Below, piece by piece: positions 12,449 through 25,336 of a DNA stretch of 64,000 nt (position 1 is the stretch's first letter; each line of letters starts with the position of its first letter). The notes beneath the pieces are model-generated. The model searched no databases. It had not been told where the DNA came from and saw only the letters and a list, made by a program, of their open reading frames with translations. Position numbers and translations under genes: made by a program. The DNA comes from Chrysemys picta bellii (Eukaryota), in assembly GCF_011386835.1 (NCBI RefSeq), contig NC_088798.1:36952001-37016000 (forward strand), written 5' to 3'.

Positions 12449-13510
12449 CTTTTTGTCAATTAAAATCCTGAGTGAAATTGAAGCCCAATTTCAGGAAAAT
12501 ATCCAGGTTCTAACTGGATCCCTCAGACTGCTTAAGGGGTTGCTTTTATGACTTTAAATAATTTCCTGAATCCTGTCAGAATTGTGTGTCCTTTTATATG
12601 GAAGTTATTGAAGTTCAGAAACTTCATTCTTCTCTTAAAAAATCTGAAAAATGTTGGGAAAATCTGTGATTGCTGGTTTCATTATAGTGACCTTGATTTT
12701 GTTTTTACTCTTTAATTTCAGACTGGACAGAATCAGATACATTTTCTTCAGCATTTGGGATAAAAATCTTTTGCACAATTTGTTTTTATTTCCAATATGC
12801 ACTTTCACAATGACTCAGTAGTGATAAACAGGTTTTGGTCAGTAGCTTCATGCATTGAAGATGAAACCAAGAGCTCAGCAATTTCATAGTCTACATACAT
12901 TCTAATCCCAGAAACTGAACAATTAACACAGAGTATTGGTGTTTTGTGCATTAAAAAAATTAACATCCCCATTACTATGTAGTGACATTGTGGCATTTGA
13001 AGGAGCATGACAGGCCCAGTAGCACAATAGACATTTGGGACCAGATTTATTAACTGGAATGAGTGGCCAAATCTGTGGGCTCTGTCATCTCACTAAGGAA
13101 ATTTATGTGTCGATTACTCAGGAGTCAGCAAGTCACTGTACAACCACAGCTGCAGAAGTTATTTTGAATCCTTTTCAGCCACTGTGTAGCCCTGGCTTTT
13201 GTACACTAGCCTGTGGGAAGACGTTCTATACCTGTACTATCCCCAGAACATGGTCAGTAAGCAAATAGCTTACCCTATACACAGGGCTATATTCACAGCT
13301 ATTGTGGCTGCTAGCTGGCAAACCCCTCACTACCGCCTAAGTGTACAAAAGTTACCATCCTGTCTGGCACAAGCAGACTCCATAGTGTTGGTGTGTGTGG
13401 GGGGAGGAGGGGTTAAATATCAAGCTTGAAAATAATGATGATAGTGGATCATGTCATTAATTGGAAGATCCAGCCTAAGCATGTGCATCAAAGAGGCAAA
13501 AATCATAGGA

Positions 13511-13731
13511 CAGGGCTGATGGATAGAACATCACATGTGGACTCAGAAAAGCCTGGGTTCTATTCTTAGCTCTACTACCATTTTGCTGGGTGACATTGGG
13601 AAAGTCAATTCACTGCTCTGTGCCTCAGTTTCCCCATCTGTAAAATTGGGATAAGATACTGCCCTCGTTTGTAAGGCACTTTGAGATCTAGTGATAAAAA
13701 GTGCTATGTGTGAGCTAGGTGTTATTATTAT
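13511..13731 (+). mobile_element. CORE/MIR-like SINE, near full length
   Basis: cctgggttctattcttagctct...tgtgcctcagtttccccatctgtaaaattgggataa...gcactttgagatct...aaaagtgctat...ttattattat. Confidence 0.85.
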
Positions 13732-14776
13732 CAAATGCAGATCATTGGTACTGGTAGTTTATGTGCAATGCTAGAAAACAGTGCACACCGTAACAATGCA
13801 ATCAGTCAGCTTTATTAGAACAAAAGTGGAAATCGCAAGATTAGGGCAAAGCCTATTATACCTCTCATGAGCCAAGTAACACTGTATTTATACACAGTAG
13901 CACAGGAACACATCTCACTCCATACACACCACATAAAACAAACAATAGGAATATTTGCATGACAGTGTACAAGTCTTTTACTGAGCTTCCTCATGAACAC
14001 ACAGAAGAATGAGCTTCACAGTAAACACATTCTGAGACAGTCAATGTTACAAATAAATATTAGACAGTCATTTGAGCCACACCATTGGTTAGAGTCACTC
14101 CAAATGCCTCTGGAAATCAATCATTAATAGAAATGCATATAGAAAAGTGATTGTCCACACCTGAAAAAGATTACTTAAATATAACGAGTCTCTTTAAAAT
14201 GAGACCCAGAAGGTTGAATATCTCCCAGCTTCCTGTAATCCTTCTATAGTGCATTTCCCACATGGAAGTTTGATTAGGATTACAAGGCCTCACAACAATG
14301 ACACACCTGTAGTCCAGCAAGACAATGGATGGTACCTGTATTTCTTGATAAGAATGTGAAGTGGGCATGTAACATGCATGTTATCGATTGAAAATATATT
14401 GACACATATGATAGTTGTTTATGATATTTCTGCCAGAATATTATATGCCAACGGTTAGCTGTGACCTGGCAAAGGTAACAAGATGGGATGGAACAACTGC
14501 ATTCCAGGTGTGCTGTATTCTTTTCTCTTCACTGCTATCAATGCCACATACTTCAAATGCGGCACAAAAAATGTCATAATGATAATAATTTTGTCTTAAT
14601 TTGTACACGGTGTATAAAACAGGTTCACAGGCCACAGTGGCAGTTTAGCCTCTCACTATGAATACTGATACACAATCAGTTTAATCTCTGTTTCTGAGAG
14701 ACTAATGTATACAGCTAAAAGGTAAGTGGCTGGACATTTTTTGAGTGCTGCTGTAAAGCATATGAGCATATTTTCT

Positions 14777-15425
14777 TGTTCTATCAAAAGGGACATATGG
14801 GACCTGGACTCTATCTTTTACTAGCATGGGATCTTGGAGAACATGTCCCCTGGAGACAATCAGTATGATGTTCTTGATCACTAATTGTTTGCTTCCAGAC
14901 TTTAATAGTTATGGATTTGGCAAGGATGGTGTGATCGGAGTTGGAGGTTGCAGGGGCTCCTGCCCCGTGGCTACAGTTGAAGTGGCAAGAGGGTAGGGAA
15001 ACCTGGACCTCCCACTCCACTGGGTTCCAATCCAGGCCCAACCTGGTTCAGCTGCTTACCTGTCTCTGTATGGTGTCAGCCACCAGTCAGCTTCCCTGGG
15101 CCACTTCCTACCATAATCCATATCCCATCCGGTCACCTCCCTTCTCTGTGGAAGGTCACCTTCTGGACTTTCAGTCCTTGTCCCAGTTGTTGGGTGCTGT
15201 GGCTCCCCTGCTCAATACAGGCTCAGCTCCAGTCCTCCTCTAGGAGCTCCCAGGGCACATCCTCCTCCCTGGTTTGCCCACCCTAAACTGAGCTGCCTGG
15301 CTGGCTTTTAAACACCACCTCCAACCCAAACATGCTCAGCAAGAGCAAAGGGAAGGGGCCTCCTTGGTCCACAGCTGTTCCTTAACCCCTTCCGGTCCAA
15401 CAAGGGGTTTATACACCCTGTCACA
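14777..15425 (-). mobile_element. Possible solo LTR (Gypsy/ERV-like)
   Basis: The minus strand begins tgtgacagggtgtataaacccc, has a TATA-like tttaaaagcc and an ATTAAA, and ends ...aaca (TG...CA). No TSD found. Confidence 0.4.
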
Positions 15426-15575
15426 GATGGTCAAGTAGCGAGAGCGCTAATTTGGGAGTTGGCAGATTTGGGTTAAATTCTCTACCCTGTGACAGACACT
15501 CTTTGTGGCCTTGGACTAGTCACTTAGTTTCTCTGAGCCTCAGCTCTCTGTCTGAAAAATTGGGATAATAGTACT
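15426..15575 (+). mobile_element. Degenerate CORE/MIR-like SINE
   Basis: ccttggactagtcacttagtttctctgagcctcagctctctgtctgaaaaattgggataatagtac. Confidence 0.65.
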
Positions 15576-16728
15576 TTTCCATATTACAGGATATAAACAT
15601 TAAAGATTGTGAGCTACCACACTAATGGGACCCATGAAGTGTCATTAAAACCCTCCTCCTTCCTTTCTCTGAGGTGCAGGATCTTTTCTGCAAGACATTT
15701 TCTTGATTCATACATACGTTGAGGCAAAAGAATTTGTATTGGAAGTGTAGTCAGCTAAATAAATCCCTTTTTGTTCACAAGTCCTGCTTTTGAAATCTGT
15801 TGAGCCAATGTCTGCCGGCTGCATAAACCCTTGTTTGTAGAAAGAAAACCTGTGAAAAAGGTACATTTCTTTATTTTATGGAAGATAAGTCATTTTTTCT
15901 CAAGGTCATATATGATCCCTTGGTCTGGATCTTCCACGTTGGATCACCTCCAGACTACGTCCTTGATGTGCAAATTTTATGCTAAACAGCAATAGAGATT
16001 AAATACTCACTTTTAACCTCTGAGTCCAACCTGCAGCTATAAACTAGTATTTTCACTTTAGTTCGGTTACATCAACTATAATGTAAGCAGCTAGTAGTGT
16101 TTGGATGAAAAGATATATTAGTTAGGATTACAAAAAATCTCATGCTTACCTCTAAGGGAGGTTCTGACATATAAAATGTTTATACAATTCTGTAGTGAAT
16201 GGAAAATCTGCGGTGAGTAGGCCAGCAGCTTGGAAGAATGCTGCTCTATAGTGTACACTAAACACGCAGATAGGGCTAAATTGTCAAAGGGTGGAGGTCC
16301 ATTTGTGTGCACCAAAAATATTAGTGCAATGGTACACACATTAGAGAATGCAATTAACACTGTTGTGTGCGCAAATCAAGTACCTGGGCATGTGTTTGAT
16401 CACTTAAGCAGCCATTACCTATGCAATTTGAACTCACAAAAGCAGTTGCATGTTTGCACAAAGCTATTTGCACATAGTCTCCCTCCATTTGAAAAATTGG
16501 TCCAAAATGTTTATTTAGGCAGCCTGTGCACTAAGTAATATATTATTATACACCTTTTAAAAGCATTTAAAAAAATCTAGCAGAACAATAATACAAAAGT
16601 AAAACAAAACATGGTTACAATGTTTGATTTTTCTTTATAACTATTTATGCTTGATTTAAAACAACAAAATGGAGATGAGGAAAATGTAGAAGGGATTAAA
16701 GTTGTCTCATTCAAGGAAGGCATACTAG

Positions 16729-16974
16729 GGCTTGTCTACTACAGTTCAGACTATGGGGGTATGAATAGCCGTGTGCACCAAAGTGCTGGGTGTAACTCCC
16801 CTGTGTGGTCCCTGCAGGAGTGAACTAAAAGATTCCTAGTTTATATTCATGTAGACCTCTTCAAACAAGACCACACTGATGAGAACTAGGAATCTTTTGG
16901 TTTGCGCCTGCAGCATCCACATGGGGCTCTGCCCCTGCCCTGTAGTCTGACTTGCAGTGCAATGTAGACAAGGG
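16729..16974. mobile_element. Palindromic MITE, PIF/Harbinger-like
   Basis: Termini ggcttgtctac / gtagacaaggg. Internal arms aactaaaagattcctagtt (16823-16841) and aactaggaatcttttggtt (16884-16902) are 18/19 complementary. Confidence 0.7.
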
Positions 16975-16981
16975 GTTAGTG

Positions 16982-17146
16982 CAGTGGCTCCCAAACTTTA
17001 ACAACCTGTGAACCCCTTTCACTAAAATGTCAAGTCTCGCGAACCCCCTCCTAAAAATGAATATTTCCAGGGATTTTTTCCTGAGAACCCCCTGTAACAT
17101 TTTGTGAACCCCCGGGGGTTAATGAACCCCAGTTTGGGAACCACTG
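16982..17146. mobile_element. hAT (Charlie-like) MITE
   Basis: TIRs cagtggctcccaaact / agtttgggaaccactg. 8-bp TSD ggttagtg / ggttagta. Confidence 0.9.
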
Positions 17147-19354
17147 GGTTAGTATGATGTACAGTAGTAGAGTTTAGACACTAAACACTTGGGGCAGGGA
17201 CCTTGTCTTCATACATGCCTGAAAAACACCTAGCACATGGTTGGTACTATATAACTGTAATAATAGAATAGGAATTGATGAATAATTAATAGTTAATCAA
17301 AATAACTAAGATATCAATCTGATTCTCCATGCTGTCCCTAATTGTACATACTTTTTAAACTCATTACGTCTTCAAACTTTTTCATTTCACTGACCACTCC
17401 AATATGTACGGATCTGCTTATGGACTATCTCTACACTCCATACCCAATCCCCCACTACTTGGTTCTCAAAATGTTTCATCGTACAGACCACCAAGGAGGA
17501 TTCTGTGGACCACAGTTTAACAGCCACTATTCTTACTTACTAATAAAGTAGGTTAAAATACCATTAAAATTCTGACTTGAACTTTTAAATGCCACTCCTT
17601 GCATCCTCGGTTCATACAGTCCTACCTCAGTACTGCCAGAAGAATAGTAAGTAAGATCACAGACAGACCTTAACAACTGAAATATGCAGACACTTTGACA
17701 TGATCAAATTAGAGAGTCTATTCCTGCAGGACTGACTCAGGCCAAACTCAAATTGGCTTCACTGGGAGTCTGACCACCATCAAGACTTCAGGATGAGGCA
17801 CTGTCTGAGAAACCTTAGCTCTGAATTTCTCTAATGGCTTTAAGTCAATCTCTTACATGCTTTGGGTTTGATGTTATAGCTGCTCCATACAGAATTGTTA
17901 TTGAGTTGTGTGTGGAATGGATGCAGCCCATTAAAATTTATTTTGTAAGTTTATATCTAGGAACCACAACATTAAGGCTGAAAATTTCAGAGATCTTTCA
18001 GGAAGCCATTATCTAGTGATATAGATCAGTACTTCAGTGTCCACTTTTACTGTACCTAGAAGGACCGCATCAGGTTTTTTAGGCCCTGAATTGGATACAA
18101 CTTTTGATTGTTATCAGCTGATGAAGACAAAGTAAAAAAAAGATAAAATCATGACATTTTCAAATTTCAAGTAAGGTATTTATTAAAAATTTGATAGTTT
18201 ACAAAAAAGGAACGTTTATACATAAAACAATGGTTGAGACTATTCTTTTGAACCTTTGATCACTGATATTAGAGAAATTGATGTCTATGTATCATGTCAA
18301 TATACGGGCAGCAGGGATCCCTAACCCCTGGATTGTTGGCATGATACATCGCTAAGGTCTATTGTGGCAAATGTTTGCACTTTTCAGTTAACATTGAGTA
18401 CTATATTTTCAAGGAAAATTGCATTTGATAAATCCTTATTAAATATTGAAAGACATTACTCTACATTATAGACTGGCAGTTATAAATGTTTTATTTTATA
18501 GGCAAGCTCTTCCACATTCTAACACCACCTAAAGTCTCCAAAACCACAAAACCTCTTTGGTTCTCTTGCCTAGATTTTTTAAAAAGGCCAAATGTAAATA
18601 AAAGATTTGGAGGGGAAACGGTTTGGGGGCTGAGCAACTGGCTAAGAAATATCCACCATAAGAAATGAGACTTAAAAACTTATAATGGAATTGCTTACAG
18701 AGACCACAGCCACCCTAGGGGGAGCTGCTTTCATGATGAATGTCCATGCATGACATAAACCTCAATTCTAGTGATGGTGGTTTAGTGACTTCTATCAGAG
18801 GTGAATATTGCATTTTTAACTGATTTCTAGCAGCAGAATCTGTATCCTTCATTGACACCCATTCATTTCATGAGGTTATTGGCTTTCAACATATCTCGTT
18901 AGATGTTATAATGACACAGAATTTTGGCACTGATTGATGTGAATCGATGTTACATCAGTTTATCAAGATTGCAAATCATGTTGCAGTGCACAGCATTTCA
19001 CTTTTGCTGCATCATGACATGAGGCTTAAAATATTCACTCTGGGGCCTATGGAGTGCCTGGTATCCATCTCTTGGATAAATAATTTAAGACATTGTTGAG
19101 AAATCATATCTAATTATGAGGATCTGTGCTCAATAAGTGCCCTCTGATTTGAATTGTATTTGTATTTTGATGGGTATTGATTTTAGGAGTTGGAGAGATG
19201 AATAATACATTTTACCTTTCTCCACTGTTCCTAGCAATATGCTGAGAGAAGTAATGAAGGAACAGTTTTTCGATGGGAACAATGTCATTGGAGACCACAG
19301 CAAGAAAAAACCCATAGAAAAACCCATGGAGAAGTTACAGGAACTCCTAAATCA

Positions 19355-19562
19355 GAGGCAGTGTGGTCTAGTCAATACATCATTTGTCTGAAAGTCAGGA
19401 GATGTGAGTTCTATCTCTTGCTCTGAAGCTGACTTGCTGTGTCAACCCTGGGTAAGTCATTTAACCTCCGAGTACCTTTGTTTTCCCAACAGTACAATGG
19501 GGATTAAAATGCCCACTTTTGGAAAGGACTTTGAGATCTATGGATGAAAAGGGGTGTATATA
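19355..19562 (+). mobile_element. CORE/MIR-like SINE
   Basis: gaggcagtgtggtctagt...gtcaggagatgtgagttctat...ctttgagatctatggatgaaaagg. Confidence 0.75.
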
Positions 19563-21478
19563 TATAAATGTTAGTTAATATTATAAATATTCTGCACATA
19601 TCTTTTCATGAAGTTTCCAGGCAATGATCAGTGAGATTGTGGCATGAAGTGAGATTTGCCTTTCTGTGGAATAGATACAGGGAGTGTGGTCTCCAACCTC
19701 ACAAGTGTCCCAAGATCCATGGTGAAATCTCATAGTTCAGGGCATAAACACTGAGCTGGGGCATTCACACAGAGGACTAAACCTCTGTGCTGCTCCCTGA
19801 ATCCTCCCATCCTCCCTGGCAGGATGAGTCCTCTATTTACTATTTGCTATTCATGGTGTGTGAGTGGTCTCCTAAATCACATGATTTTGCTTCTGCTGCC
19901 TGAATGGATGACAAACTTTTTAAGCCAGGGAATAATGATTAATGCAGAGTGAATAGTGATGAGTACTCTTGATTGAGCAGGTATCCCCATGTTCACTTAT
20001 GAATGCTGGTATCCATACAAAGAACAGCCACTCCACTAACATTCGTGTGTATATTTGTGAATAAGGAAGAACAAAGGGGTAAAACCACAGTGGAAATGAA
20101 GAACAGTTTGGAATTCAAATAGATGTTTATGAATGCTGTTTTTCAGCATCCAACCAGCCGTAACAAATACAAAGCACATGAGATAGTGATCATTAAAGAA
20201 AGGCATAAAAAGCTTTATTTTTCACCCAACATGCCATCTCTGATTAGAAAGGAAAACAGTAGGCTCCATTGTGCAATACAATAAATCATGGCATCAAAGT
20301 AAGCCTCAAAGTGCCCTCTCAGTTGCAGGCAAGCTGTACCAGTCACAAGGAGAGAGACAATGAAAATACAATAAATTGAAATAGTAATTTTTCAGCACTG
20401 TGTAAATACTATAGACATTTTTAATTCAAAGATAAGCAGGATCAGCAGCAGTGAAAGCTGTAGATTTGCTGAATATCAATGGGAAAACTGTAAAACGTAT
20501 TCTCCCTAAACGAAGCTGAAAGACCAAATGAGCAAAGACATTCTGCTCAAAACTGAGAGAATTCTTTTAATATATCTCAAAGAGTCAGCGGGCTTAATTT
20601 TTTGTTCTTTTATCATCTCTGTCTCACTGTAACTGAAATATCTGGTTTAGTAGGTGCTGTACCATGCATATAAAAGTCACTTTATGGTCTTGTAAAAATA
20701 GAAATGATATTTAAGCAATTCTAATTATTATTTGAATATGCATCCTTAAAAAAAAATCCCAGAGTGCATGGTTGGGAGTCAAGACCTTAAGCCCTGCAAT
20801 GGAAGGATCCATTTCATGTTGAAGAAGAGAGGATTCAGTATGCATTCTAGTCTTCAGTCTCTCACAGGGGAAGATTTAAATAATGTATGGTGGGTTTCTT
20901 TGTGATGTGTTTCATTTTTTGGTTAGTATTTTACATTTTGTTAAAGAAGTATTACCTGTATTTTTAAGGGCCACATTCATATTTTAAAAATCATGAATGT
21001 TATGTAATTCATCTGCCTATTCAGTCAGATGTCGCTATCAACAAATTCAGAAAAATCGAGGATGGCTAACTTGTTGATGAAGTGTTTTAGAACACATAGC
21101 TGCATGCATAAGAATGGACCTGTTTGAACATCTTTTTTTTTCTCATTAAACATTCATCTGAGGAATTTTTCTGGGAGCCTTATTCAGTAAAGTAGCACTA
21201 GTCACTTTTTCATTCCCAAAGTAGCAATAAAATGGAAGTGCAGAGGGGAAACCACATCAGAGAGACTCATTCTTTCTTCCTTCAGCCAGATGTAACAAAT
21301 TACCTGCTGTGTTATCTTTTTACAATGGACAACAGGAGAAATATTAATTATGCAGAATGTATTTTACAAAGGAATAAACATGTATGATGTGCTCGCTTGA
21401 TCCAAAACAAAATAAAATGTGAATGTAATGAGTTTTGTTTTAAGAAAGTGCCAGATATCTCATGGGTATCCTATATAG

Positions 21479-21839
21479 CAGTGGTTCTCAACCAGGGATT
21501 CAGGGACCCTTGGGAGGCTGCGAGCAGGTTTCAGGAGTCTGCTAAGCAGGGCCAGCATTAGACTTGTTGGGGTCCAGGGCAGGGAGCTGATGCCTCACCG
21601 CTTGGGTTTGAAGCCCAGGGCCCTGAGCCCCGCCACCTAGGGCTGAAGCTGAAGCCTGAGCAATGGAGCTTTGCAGGGGGGGTGTGGCATGGGACCCCAG
21701 GGAACTGCCCTGCTTGCTACCTCTTAATGCCGGCCCTGCCTTTTATATGCAGAAAACCAGTTGTTATGGCACAGGTAGACCATGGAGTTTTTATAGAATG
21801 TTGTGGGGGCCTCAGAAAGAACAAGGTTGAGAACCCCTG
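21479..21839. mobile_element. hAT MITE
   Basis: TIRs cagtggttctcaacc / ggttgagaacccctg. Perfect 8-bp TSD ctatatag at 21471-21478 and 21840-21847. Confidence 0.93.
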
Positions 21840-24800
21840 CTATATAGCAAGGTCTTGCTCCCATTCAAGTCAATGAGAGGACCATATACATTACCACAAT
21901 AACTATACTGAATGCTGAAATGCTCCATGATTCCCAGATATTTTCAATGAGCTTTGGCCAGCCTGATCCTCTGCAACTCCTGCCTTATAAATGTTTTATG
22001 TGATTTTCTTCAATAAATATATATATTTTGCCTTTTGAATCTCTGAGTCTCTCAGCGCATCTTTTAGAATCTTAATGGAGAAGTAGCAACATGCAACTGA
22101 AAAATAAATGTTTTTAATGACTAGGGAAAGTATATATTTCACCAAGAAAAATACATTTTAAAGTAAAACACAAGCTCCTGAAGCATCAAAATCCTCCACA
22201 TTTTCTGCAGTGCTTGCTATAGCTATTGACATACTGTTGGTTTTCTATGTCCCAAGTTGCATGAATTATTACTGTCATTCAACATTTTATATTCCTAGTT
22301 CCATAGCCTACAGCAACACTTACTGTTAGCTGTTGCAGACTATATCAGACCTCTGGCAATGCCTGTTATTGATCAAGCACTGTTCAATGTTTGCCTGCTA
22401 TGTAATGCAAGGATGTGCTAATTTTCTAAAACATAAAATCCACAAGTTACTGTGTTTCTGATTTCCAGTCCTTTTAGAGACATCAAGCTTTAAACCAGAG
22501 CTCGCAGAATGCCGAACCTGCACTTCCCCATCTGAAACAAAATTGATGGTTGAATTATGAGTTTTAGTTTCTATAAAATAAAATATATTGTGCACTACTG
22601 AATAAAATGAAAACTGGCTTTGCATCACGAATTAACATTATTCATAGGAAAGTTATTAGTAAATATACATTGGATGTGAACCAAACATGGTAGTGAAATG
22701 TGTCAGTCATGCTATCCAACTGTTTGTGGTAACCTTACAGTCAGATTTATTATTCTTTTTTTAAAAAATTACCCCGCTAAATAGAATAATATAGGGATTC
22801 TAGTATCAAGAAAAAGAGACAAAGGGATTTGTAGTTATAGGTTTCCAGGAAATGAAAATATATTGATTCTGATTTGGATTAAGTTCCTAGAAGATGGCAG
22901 GAACATGGGTTTGTCTGAGTGATAACAGAGGTGAGGTAAATCACAAAGCACCAGAGGAATGCGACTAGTAAATGCCTAAGGGCTCAGTCCTCCTGAAAGC
23001 ACTTACTGCTGGCGTAGTGCTTCAGGGTCTGATCCAAAGAGAGACTACAGGATCAGGCCCTCGAGCACTATGCCCAGTAAATGATTGCTGGTTTTGGCCC
23101 TAATCTTGGAGGAATAGTTTCATCCTCTACTTCCCCTTTTTCTCCTTTCGTTGCTTCTCTTTTATTCTCTACCCCTCCTCTCGTTCTCTGTCTTCCTTCC
23201 AGCACTGTCTCCTTCTGCTTTCATTCCCCCACCCCATTCTCCCCTTAGCAGCAGCATCCTCAGCGGGCTTCAAAGACGCAGCAGCTCCTGCTGCTCAGCT
23301 GAGGGAAGCAGGACCTGTGGCGGCTTCTCTGCTGAAAACTGTTCCTGCTCATGCCGTTGCCAGGGTGGAAGGAAAGTAGAACGAAGCAAAGGGGAGAGTG
23401 TAAGGAGAAGAGACAAAGGGAAGAGATGGATGGAAAGGAGTTTTAATGTGGAAATATAGACACTCTAGACAAAAGCAGATTTTTTTTCTTGTGTCTCCAC
23501 TTTCTAAAAATCCCCTGCAATAGCCACAGACAATGGAACTTGTTCTCAATATTTTTATCTTTAGTTTGCACTTCATTTTGTTATTGTACAACACTATTGT
23601 TCACCCCATTTAGTTTTGGAACCTCTTTTAGGCAGATTAATATTTTCTAAATGTAGGGGGCCAAATCCTCAGCTGGAGTCAATTAATTGGCATGCAGCCA
23701 CTGATGCCAATGGAGCAATGTCGATTTGCACACGCTGAGGATCTGGCATGTTATATTTAAATGTGTCAAGTTTATTTATTTTGTTCAATAAGCCATTCTG
23801 GGCTAGACTGTGACCTGACAATATGCTCTGAGTAAGAGGTAGCAGCAGGTAGCTGTGCTGCCCCTACAACAGACCAGGGAAGGAATTGTGACTCAGAATA
23901 ACGATTCAGGTAACGGTTCCCCACTTGCTCAAGTACCAGAATCAAATTGCTTCCCCTCTGTGCCAACTGAATTGCACAGGCTGGGGTGCTGAGGGTGGGT
24001 CGAGTGAAGGCTTCACTACTCCATGCCTTTGACTGCCCACTCTTCATCCGCTTGCGCAGCCTAAACAGTCTGCTGTCCCGCCCCCCATACTGTTAGCCAT
24101 GGGGCATCTTTGCCCCCTGTAGGACAAATTATGACCCTGAGAAGAGTTCACTTACACACTCAAGAATGAGTTTTCATCAGCCAATGCATGTGCACTTTGG
24201 GTGTGTTGACCTGACTTGTGCATTAGCACATCCAGGTTGTGTTTATACTGGTGAATGCACACGTCCTGTTGTGCCCTATTGCTTACACATATCCTCCTAT
24301 ATGCATCCTATATGTCACAAGTACAATATACTGAGGATATGAAATGTATCTTAATGAGTCTGAGGCAATTTCATCACTAGTGAGAAGTATAGCTTGGAGT
24401 GTGCAGTGGCTGAATTACTATCTAGTAGAGAGGGTCCCAGTCCTGCACTCATTCAACACATGAGCAATTGCTGTTAATTGGAAAATTCTCTTAGAGTGGA
24501 GAAGTGACTCAAACTCTACAGCCAGATCTTCAGTGTGTTGTAAAAGGAAAAGTCTGTGGATCAACTTCTGCCCCCAGACTGACCAAAGATCAATGGGAGC
24601 TGTCTGTATGAAACTAAGGGAGAATTTGAACCAGTGAGTCTTCGTTTAATTAGAAAGGCAAACAGCAAACCACACAGTTTATGTCTGATTTGCAGTCCCT
24701 CCCGAAAAGGACTGACTTACACAGCTCCTGCTAGACCTGGAAAAGAGCAACTGTAGGCCCGATTATCTCCTGCACTGAGATTGTCTTGGCACAGGGGAAA

Positions 24801-25142
24801 AGTGTGTGCTGGCCATCAGGGAGCCAGTTATGATTTTCAAGCCACAGCTGCTTGTGGCCCCAGCTCTAATATACATTTGAACAGCCTAGGGGATGCTTTA
24901 ATTTATACCAGCTGGTTATGAGTCCTAAGAGATCATATATCAGCTGAGAAAGGGTGGAGCACAGCTGCACTCCTCTCCCAACATGTCCGCTCTTTCTCTT
25001 TGCTGGCATGCTCCGATACCAGACTTGGGGAGGTGACTGGTTTAGGATCCAGTTTTACATCAGCTGAACCCCTGATCCACACCAGTGGAATTCTCAGCAG
25101 AGCAGCTGCAGCCAGATTCTGACCCTGTTGTGTTGTCTATGC

Positions 25143-25336
25143 CAGTGGTTTTCCACCTGTGGTCTGCAGACCCTGGGGGTCCACAGACAATGTCTAAGGA
25201 GTCCACAAAAGTTTGTCATTACCATAGAACAGTGGTTTTCAACCTGTGGTCTGCAGACCAAAATTTCCAAAGAGGTCTGCACCTCCATTTGAAATTTTTT
25301 AGGGATATGCAAATGAAAAAAGGTTGATAACCACTG
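25143..25336. mobile_element. hAT MITE with an internally repeated left end
   Basis: TIRs cagtggttttc(c)acc / ggttgataaccactg. A second cagtggttttcaacctgtggtctgcagacc lies near 25230. TSD gtctatgc / gtgtaagc (6/8). Confidence 0.8.
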
